Source: Synechococcales cyanobacterium GL140_1_metabat_312 (GTDB taxonomy: Bacteria; Cyanobacteriota; Cyanobacteriia; Leptolyngbyales; Leptolyngbyaceae). Taken from it: a DNA stretch of 64,000 bases. Position numbers and translations under genes: made by a program. The notes beneath the pieces were generated by a model. The model saw nothing but the letters and a program-made list of their open reading frames with translations, was not told the origin of the DNA and ran no database searches. Positions 56,809 to 64,000 of this stretch are shown here, one piece after another. Numbering within the stretch: the stretch's first letter is position 1; each line of letters begins with the position of its first letter. The stretch is taken from positions 22,330 through 86,329 of the forward strand of contig JANXWB010000010.1 of NCBI GenBank assembly GCA_025351345.1, in the 5' to 3' direction.

Positions 56809-58113
56809 ATGCTGCGAATTATCACCGAGTGGACTGAAGCCCAAGCCGAACTACGCCGAATCTGCGATCGGACCCAGGATGAACAAGTCTTCCATAAAGA
56901 GGCAACAGTTCGTGAAATTTTGCAAGCCATCAAGCGGCTGGGCGATCGGGCACTCCTAGACTACACTGCTGAATTTGACGGTCAGCGCTTTGAGACTGGT
57001 CAAAGTCTTCTCGTTACTCCGGCAGAATTAGATGCAGCCTATCAACGGGTGGATCACGATTTACTAGAGGCGATTCGGCTGGCCAAACAAAAAATTGAAG
57101 CCTTTCATCGGATGAAAATTCCCCAGAGCTGGGTTCATTTTGCCGACCAGGGGGTAGTGTTGGGAAAACGTTATACCCCTGTGGATCGAGCTGGCATTTA
57201 TATCCCAGGTGGACGGGCAGTCTATCCCAGTACGGTTCTGATGAATGCCATTCCGGCCTTGGTGGCTGGGGTCGATCGGATTGTCATGGTCACACCGCCC
57301 AACAGTGAAGGTGGAATCAATCCAGCCGTTTTAGTCGCAGCCCAGGAGGCGGGGATCAAGGAAATTTATCGGGTGGGCGGAGCGCAGGCGATCGGAGCAT
57401 TGGCCTACGGAACGGAAACGATTCCAAAAGTGGATGTGATTAGCGGTCCCGGAAACATATATGTGATGCTGGCCAAAAAATTGGTCTATGGCACCGTGGG
57501 CATCGATTCATTGGCAGGTCCATCAGAAATTCTGATTATTGCGGATTCAAGCGCAAATCCAGAACATGTTGCAGCAGATTTATTAGCTCAAGCCGAACAC
57601 GACCCTATGGCAGCGGCTGTTCTAATTACGACCGATGTAAGTCTTGCGGAGAGTGTGGCAGAGCAAGTCCAAGAACAACTCCTAGATCACCCACGACGAG
57701 TTTTAACTGAAAAATCGATCGCCAACTTCGGCATCATTATCGTCGTCGAAACCCTAGAACAAGCTGCGGAGCTTTCTAATGAGTTCGCGACTGAACACTT
57801 AGAACTAGAAGTCGAAGATCCATGGGCGTTGTTGCCAAAAATTCGTCACGCAGGCGCAATTTTTCTCGGTCATGCCACACCGGAAGCTGTAGGAGATTAT
57901 CTCGCAGGTCCAAACCACACTTTACCGACCTCTGGGTCTGCTCGCTATGCCTCACCGCTGGGAGTAGAGACCTTTTTGAAACATTCCAGCTTGATTCAGT
58001 ACACCCCGCCCGCCTTGGAATCCGTCGCAAAAGCAATAGATATCCTTGCCGCCGCCGAAGGACTTCCCTCCCACGGAGCCTCAGTGACGCTACGAACTCA
58101 GTCGCCAAGCTAA
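56809..58113 (+). CDS. hisD: Histidinol dehydrogenase
   Basis: GGAQAIGALAYGT, DSLAGPSEILIIAD, AQAEHDP and the C-terminal EGLPSHG. Confidence 0.95.
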   Translation: MLRIITEWTEAQAELRRICDRTQDEQVFHKEATVREILQAIKRLGDRALLDYTAEFDGQRFETGQSLLVTPAELDAAYQRVDHDLLEAIRLAKQKIEAFHRMKIPQSWVHFADQGVVLGKRYTPVDRAGIYIPGGRAVYPSTVLMNAIPALVAGVDRIVMVTPPNSEGGINPAVLVAAQEAGIKEIYRVGGAQAIGALAYGTETIPKVDVISGPGNIYVMLAKKLVYGTVGIDSLAGPSEILIIADSSANPEHVAADLLAQAEHDPMAAAVLITTDVSLAESVAEQVQEQLLDHPRRVLTEKSIANFGIIIVVETLEQAAELSNEFATEHLELEVEDPWALLPKIRHAGAIFLGHATPEAVGDYLAGPNHTLPTSGSARYASPLGVETFLKHSSLIQYTPPALESVAKAIDILAAAEGLPSHGASVTLRTQSPS

Positions 58114-58141
58114 CTCAACAAGAAAAAATCAAGCTATGAAA

Positions 58142-58181
58142 AACGAGTCTACTCAGCCATTTACGACTTAACAGACTCGTT
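58142..58181 (+). terminator. 9-bp stem-loop after hisD (weak terminator candidate)
   Basis: aacgagtct-N22-agactcgtt, lying 29 nt after the hisD stop. The trailing T tract is poor. Confidence 0.3.
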
Positions 58182-58505
58182 CTTGAGATAAATTAGATTC
58201 AGTCAGATTTATACGGTCTCAGTAACACTAATAATCTCGCCACCTGATTTTCAGCAGTGACAAGGCGCTGGTTCTCCATCCCATGAGCATTCCCTAATAC
58301 CTACTTATAGACCAAACGGATGACCATCTGGAATTGTCTTCCCTAACATTTGGCATTTGGCCATAACTCGATCGCATCTACATCAGCAACTCAAATGCTA
58401 CAAGAATTATCCTCGAACGCAATAAATTCTTTGACAAGCAGCTTAGCGTCTCATCCAGTCCATGACTATATGAGAATAGAGACTTATTGGATAAAGAATT
58501 ACTAA

Positions 58506-59279
<774 letters not shown>

Positions 59280-59300
59280 CTATTGATCATAGCGATAAAG

Positions 59301-59342
59301 CGGAACCTTCTATACGGGAACTTCCATGCGCGAACTTCTAGC
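59301..59342. repeat. Three tandem 14-nt repeats with a GAAnnTTC/GAAnTTC core upstream of fabG
   Basis: CGGAACCTTCTATA / CGGGAACTTCCATG / CGCGAACTTCTAGC, lying 49-90 nt upstream of the fabG ATG at 59252. Confidence 0.6.
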
Positions 59343-59867
59343 GGACACTAAAAGAACAACTTCAACACAGCAACCCACATTAAATCACCCGATCACCAAC
59401 CGAATCGGATGAATCACACCTCGATATGGAAAGATGGGAGCGTTAACAGGAACTTATAAAGTTATAAAGTCCCTGCTATGAAGTCTCTGACACAAGGATT
59501 ATCTTCACGGAAGAATTCACTGCAAGCAGGCCGATCGTCTGCTATTTTCCTTCCTTGGCCAGACTGAATCACCCCGAATGTACAAATAGCGCTTCATAAA
59601 TAATAAGTCGATATGAACAGTACTCAGAAAACCCAGTCTATTCGGTGTCCAGAGAGATTGACTTGTATTAGATTCAGTACATAATGAGCAATCACCCCGA
59701 TCGGCCTGATTTCTTCTTTAAAAAGATTTCGTGAATTTGCAGATTGGAGATGGGGAAATTGGGGACTTGGAGAGTAGTTTGGGGAAGACTTCGGTTACTG
59801 CATTTACCAAAGATAGAGAGATTACGAGACCAGAAAAGATAAAGCCCCCTTTCCCAGAAGTTGGATC

Positions 59868-61976
59868 ATGAGCCGTATTTTCACGATCGCCCGTCGCCAT
59901 ATCAAGATCCTCGCCTGCTGGAACATTGCTCTAGTCTGTATGGCAGGATTCACCTTAGCCAAAGAAAAACCGATTTGGACAGCTAATGGTTCTTTAATCT
60001 TATCAGCAAATAATCGTAATCTCAACGCTAGCTTAGGGAAGCTCGGTAGTGTGACGGATGGCGAAACGTATCACAGTCAGCAGATTGATCCCTTGACTAT
60101 TTTGATCAACATTATTACCAGTAACGAAACCATGGAACAGATTCGGGCGATCGATCCTGAAGCCGACATGATCAAAAACATCGATGCCTACAAAGGTTAT
60201 TTTTTAGTTAAGCCCCAAGAAAACTCCACCATCATGAACGTCACGGTGACGGGTCGCCAATCCGAGATCACTCAAAAGCGTGCCGATGCCTTGTTTAGCA
60301 TTTTTCAACAACGGCTCAATCAACTGCGCCAACAGGATGCCAGCCAACGATCAAACTTTATGCAAAAGGAACTTGAAGAATCCCGCAAGAATCTCCTTGA
60401 TGCCCAAATCGCTTTGAGTCAATACAAACAGGCTACAGGAATGATCAACAGCGAAGAACAAACCAAACAATTTGTCGTCAGTATCAGCAACCTGACCGCC
60501 GCCCGCAACGAAGCCCTCGGACGGGCGACCTCCCAAGCCACACAGCTCAAAATTTTACAGGACCGCCTTACGATGAATCCAGACCAGGCCGTCCGATCGC
60601 TTCAACTCGGCGAAAGCCAAGATTATCAAATGGCCAAAAAACAACTCACCGAAACCGAACTCAACCTCGCCAAGACGATCGCACAATATCAATCGGATGC
60701 ACCAGAAGTAAAACTTTTACAAGACGAGCGCGATCGGCTTCAGGAACAGCTCAATCAATACATTAGTAATTCAAATTCAAATAAATCTAACAGTCAGTCA
60801 GACAGTCAAGTTAATGGAAATATTGGCACCAACCTTGGGGATCTAATGAAACAGATGGTTTTAACTGAGGGCAATGCTCAAAGTTCTCAAAATCAAGCCA
60901 ACCAACTCACCTATCAGATCAGTCAACTCAACCAACAGATTAAGAAATTTCCCTTAGAACAAGCCAAACTCCAAGAATTCCAACGCCAATACGAGATTGC
61001 GGATGGAGTCCTTACAGGACTCATTGCCAAAGTCCAAGAAACTAAAGTCAACAGCTTCAGCAATTACCCCAGTGTCCAAGTTCTCGATAACCCGAAGGTG
61101 AGTGATAAACCGAGTGGCTCAAAACGCATTCCCATCCTCATGGGTACATTTCTTGCATCAGTATTTGGGACGATCGCTCTTGCCCTTCTGCGGGAAAGCC
61201 GAAACCCACTCCTCAGTCCTAAGGATGTCCAAACCAGCGAATTTCCCGTCATTGGAACGCTCCCCGTGCTTCAACCCACCTGGGAAAACCCCGGAGGTGG
61301 TGCTGAACTTGAGTTTCAGCGTTTAGCCTCAGCTATTAGTATGATGCCGCTCAATGCTCCCAAACCCAATACTATTCATCATCATCATCCGCATCGTTTA
61401 ATGATCGCGAGTTCTTCACCAAATGAAGGCCGATCGACCGTCACGATCGGTATTGCAAACGCCCTAGTCTCCCTAGGATTTCAGGTTCTGATCATTGACG
61501 GCGACCTGCGTAAAGGTAAACTCCGCCAACGATTTGGCATTCCCAGCACGCTCGATACTACTGGAATGTGTTCTTCAGTGGCCCCAGGACTCGACCTACT
61601 CTGCATTACTGTCCCGACAAAAGGCATCATGGAATTTGTCGCACGGGGCAACTTTGAACAAACCTTGCAAAGTGCTGAGCTGAGTGGATCTTACGATTAT
61701 GTTCTCCTTGATAGCGCCCCCATCTGTACCACCGGAGAAAGTGCCCTTCTCGGCACACTAATGAAAAATTTACTGTGGGTCGTCCGCCCCGGTACCAGTG
61801 AACGCTTCGCCATGATCCGTGCGATCGCTCAACTAACCCGCCACCACGTTCATATCGCAGGAATCGTCATTAACGGCCATGAACCCGAAGGTACGAACCC
61901 TTCTCCAAAAGTATTTCCACGGCTTAATTTGTCATTAAATAGAAAAACGACCCAACGTGTAAGAAAAGAATCGTAA
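59868..61976 (+). CDS. Wzc/GumC-like polysaccharide co-polymerase with degenerate BY-kinase domain
   Basis: N-terminal TM helix, a Wzz-like region, a long Q/N-rich coiled coil and a second TM helix (IPILMGTFLASVFGTIALALL). The P-loop NTPase domain has SSSPNEGRST (Walker A), IIDGDLRKG (A') and VLLDSAP (B). Confidence 0.8.
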   Translation: MSRIFTIARRHIKILACWNIALVCMAGFTLAKEKPIWTANGSLILSANNRNLNASLGKLGSVTDGETYHSQQIDPLTILINIITSNETMEQIRAIDPEADMIKNIDAYKGYFLVKPQENSTIMNVTVTGRQSEITQKRADALFSIFQQRLNQLRQQDASQRSNFMQKELEESRKNLLDAQIALSQYKQATGMINSEEQTKQFVVSISNLTAARNEALGRATSQATQLKILQDRLTMNPDQAVRSLQLGESQDYQMAKKQLTETELNLAKTIAQYQSDAPEVKLLQDERDRLQEQLNQYISNSNSNKSNSQSDSQVNGNIGTNLGDLMKQMVLTEGNAQSSQNQANQLTYQISQLNQQIKKFPLEQAKLQEFQRQYEIADGVLTGLIAKVQETKVNSFSNYPSVQVLDNPKVSDKPSGSKRIPILMGTFLASVFGTIALALLRESRNPLLSPKDVQTSEFPVIGTLPVLQPTWENPGGGAELEFQRLASAISMMPLNAPKPNTIHHHHPHRLMIASSSPNEGRSTVTIGIANALVSLGFQVLIIDGDLRKGKLRQRFGIPSTLDTTGMCSSVAPGLDLLCITVPTKGIMEFVARGNFEQTLQSAELSGSYDYVLLDSAPICTTGESALLGTLMKNLLWVVRPGTSERFAMIRAIAQLTRHHVHIAGIVINGHEPEGTNPSPKVFPRLNLSLNRKTTQRVRKES

Positions 61977-62065
61977 ATGGGCTATCTAAGTCTAAGGAAT
62001 ATCTAAGTCTAAGGAATAAGTTCTAGGTCATCATTTGAATTCATTCATCACAATTTAGGAACGGT

Positions 62066-63280
62066 ATGATGCATTCTTTAAATCAACCCTCAACTCTGAC
62101 GGATGGTTCGCTATCAGTCAATTCATTATCTATTAAGACATTGGTCGCTGCTGAACCTACGGCTAGGTTTCTGCCCAACCTGCGAATTACAATGCTGGGC
62201 CGGACGATTACCTGTCTGACGATCGAGTCCATCCAACAGGCAATTGATCTCTGCTTTCATCAACAAAAGCGCATTGTGATTGCCAACTACAACATCCATG
62301 CCTTTAATCTTTCCTTTCAGTTACCGTGGTTTCATGAATTTCTAGAGGAATCCGAAATCGTTCATTGTGATGGCTTTGGGGTTATCAAGGCAATGAGATA
62401 TCTCGGGTTGACCGTCGAGCCACACTACCGAGTTTCCTATACTGACTTGATGCCTGCATTACTCAAACAATGCGATCGTAACGGCTGGACTGTCTTTCTC
62501 TTAGGTACGAAAGAAGAAGCTATTGAGAAAGCGATCGTCAATCTCAGCCATGCTTATCCCCATACTAAATTTTTCGGACATCACGGATATTTTAATCAAA
62601 ACAATCGCGAAATTAATCAGCAAATCATTCAAGGAATCAATGAAACAAAACCCCAAATCTTAATTGTTGGAATGGGAATGCCTGTGCAAGAGGAATGGGT
62701 TAAGAATCATCAAGACCAACTGCAAGTGAATGCGATCTTTGTCGGGGGAGCGGTGATCGATCGATTTGCCGGGCTTGTTTCTGACTGTCCTGAATGGCTT
62801 TCTAAACGTGGACTTGAATGGGTCTATCGCCTTGCAAAAGAACCGCAGCGCTTAGCCGCCAGATACCTACTAGGGAATCCAGCCTTTGCCTTGCAAATTT
62901 TACTGGCTAAGCTTCAGCAGGGCAGTTTAGCAAATAAAAAAGCCATCTGGTGTCACCCCGTCTCCTTGCCAGAACTGTTAGCTGAAGCGTCTTTATTAGA
63001 TCAACAAACAAAAGAAAAGAAAAGAATTGGTGAATATTTAGTTCAATTAAAACTCATATCAGAAACTGATTTAGAAGAAGCGTTAAACGAGCAGCTCCAA
63101 ACGGGCGAAAAATTAGGGCGAATCTTAGTAAATCGAGGTCTAATTAATTCAAAAAGTGTTGATGAATTGGTTGAAAAACTTCATGAAGCCAATCAAAAGA
63201 ACCGTCAAGATCATGTTCTTGGTAATACGATTGAATTTCTAGCCGAACGTATCATTAGTTTAGAAGTCGATGAGAACTAA
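62066..63280 (+). CDS. WecB/TagA/CpsF-family glycosyltransferase fused to a C-terminal tandem MshEN (T2SSE_N-like) motif
   Basis: GT core: HCDGFGV, VFLLGTKEE, ILIVGMGMPVQEEW, VGGAVIDRFAG and EWVYRLAKEPQRL. C-terminal part: RIGEYLVQLKLISETDLEEALNEQ-LQTGE-KLGRILVNRGLINSKSVDELVEKL. Confidence 0.8.
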   Translation: MMHSLNQPSTLTDGSLSVNSLSIKTLVAAEPTARFLPNLRITMLGRTITCLTIESIQQAIDLCFHQQKRIVIANYNIHAFNLSFQLPWFHEFLEESEIVHCDGFGVIKAMRYLGLTVEPHYRVSYTDLMPALLKQCDRNGWTVFLLGTKEEAIEKAIVNLSHAYPHTKFFGHHGYFNQNNREINQQIIQGINETKPQILIVGMGMPVQEEWVKNHQDQLQVNAIFVGGAVIDRFAGLVSDCPEWLSKRGLEWVYRLAKEPQRLAARYLLGNPAFALQILLAKLQQGSLANKKAIWCHPVSLPELLAEASLLDQQTKEKKRIGEYLVQLKLISETDLEEALNEQLQTGEKLGRILVNRGLINSKSVDELVEKLHEANQKNRQDHVLGNTIEFLAERIISLEVDEN

Positions 63281-63282
63281 CT

Positions 63283-64000
63283 ATGCAACAATCCATTACT
63301 CATCCAAAAGTTAGTGTTATTATTCCAGCTTTTAATATAGAAAACTATATTGGTGATGCGCTCCGATCGCTGACCCGTCAGACTTTTCAAGATTTTGAAG
63401 CTTTAATTATTGACGATGGTTCGACCGATCAGACTGCTGAACAAGTTACGAGTTTTATCCAGCAAGATTCCCGATTCAAACTTCTACAAAAAGAAAATGG
63501 TGGACTTTCTTCAGCCCGTAATTTTGGCATTCATCAGGCTAAGGGCAAATATATTGCATTGCTAGATGGTGATGACCTTTATTTACCAAACAAATTATCT
63601 ACTCATATTGATATTTTAGACCGTAATCCTACCGTTGGTATGGTCTACAGTGCTTCCCAAGCGTTGCGTGATGATGGCACACCGACTTGGCTAACAATTA
63701 GTGGCAAACCGCTTTATTCTGATAGCTTACAATCCCTGTTGTGTAAAAATTTTGTTGGCCATGGGTCTAATGGGATTTTTAGAAAAGAGATTATTGCAGA
63801 GATTGGTGATTTTGATGAAAATTTAAAAAGTGTTGAAGATCTGGATTTCTGGTTACGGCTTGCGGAAACGCGCTGGAAATTTTATCGAGTGCCGTCGGTG
63901 CAATGTTATTACCGAGTACGTCCAGCGGGATTGTCCTTCAATATCGATCGGATGCAAGAGACCCAAGAACAAGTGATGCGATCGGCTTACCAGCGCAATC
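63283..64000 (+). CDS. Family 2 glycosyltransferase (3' end off window; not in ORF track)
   Basis: My own translation gives MQQSITHPKVSVIIPAFNIENYIGDALRSLTRQTFQDFEALIIDDGSTDQT...GKYIALLDGDDLY. The gene starts 2 nt after the previous stop. Confidence 0.85.
   Translation, partial: MQQSITHPKVSVIIPAFNIENYIGDALRSLTRQTFQDFEALIIDDGSTDQTAEQVTSFIQQDSRFKLLQKENGGLSSARNFGIHQAKGKYIALLDGDDLYLPNKLSTHIDILDRNPTVGMVYSASQALRDDGTPTWLTISGKPLYSDSLQSLLCKNFVGHGSNGIFRKEIIAEIGDFDENLKSVEDLDFWLRLAETRWKFYRVPSVQCYYRVRPAGLSFNIDRMQETQEQVMRSAYQRN

Noticed and set aside
59751-59785. TGGGGA repeated three times upstream of the Wzc-like gene, considered as a G-quadruplex.
   Set aside because: There are only three GGGG runs plus one GG, which is not enough for a canonical four-tract quadruplex. 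It may still be a protein-binding repeat, but the support is weak.

Overview
This is a cyanobacterial chromosomal segment. The evidence is split rpoC1/rpoC2, a full kaiA-kaiB-kaiC cluster, ndhF, glgA, sepF and a very high density of CGATCG / GCGATCGC (HIP1-type) palindromes. The full-length KaiA argues against lineages with truncated or absent KaiA. I call about 58 protein genes and found no rRNA, tRNA or CRISPR array.

Layout, left to right:
- Two tandem paralogous sensor kinases, divergent from a NarL-type response regulator (1-3786).
- A general-stress gene island of about 7 kb: three CsbD, PRC-barrel, DUF1003-like, fatty-acid hydroxylase, Dps, BON lipoprotein, YflT/glycine-zipper and GlsB (3947-10858).
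- Housekeeping genes: dnaB, YgjP-like, class V aminotransferase, and an AMIN plus class A beta-lactamase-fold protein.
- An IS1-family transposase relic, then a double AAA+ ATPase with a small partner gene.
- DUF3352-like, tsaC, SagB-like and glgA.
- An ECF sigma/anti-sigma pair with a recognisable ECF-type promoter.
- A hybrid kinase with Asp-less receiver modules, divergent from kaiABC.
- ndhF1, a WCGLC thioredoxin, and proC-sepF-(676 nt spacer)-yggS.
- A DinG-like protein with degenerate ATPase motifs.
- The rpsT-tatD / rpoB-rpoC1-rpoC2 block, with a consensus promoter and an intrinsic terminator.
- hisD and fabG.
- The start of an exopolysaccharide locus: a Wzc/GumC-like protein with a degenerate Walker A, a WecB/TagA/CpsF glycosyltransferase fused to a tandem MshEN-type (c-di-GMP receptor) motif, and a GT2.

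The two best candidates for something not yet characterised are the kai-adjacent multi-pseudo-receiver kinase and the MshEN-glycosyltransferase fusion. Neither can be shown to be novel without database searches, which I could not run.
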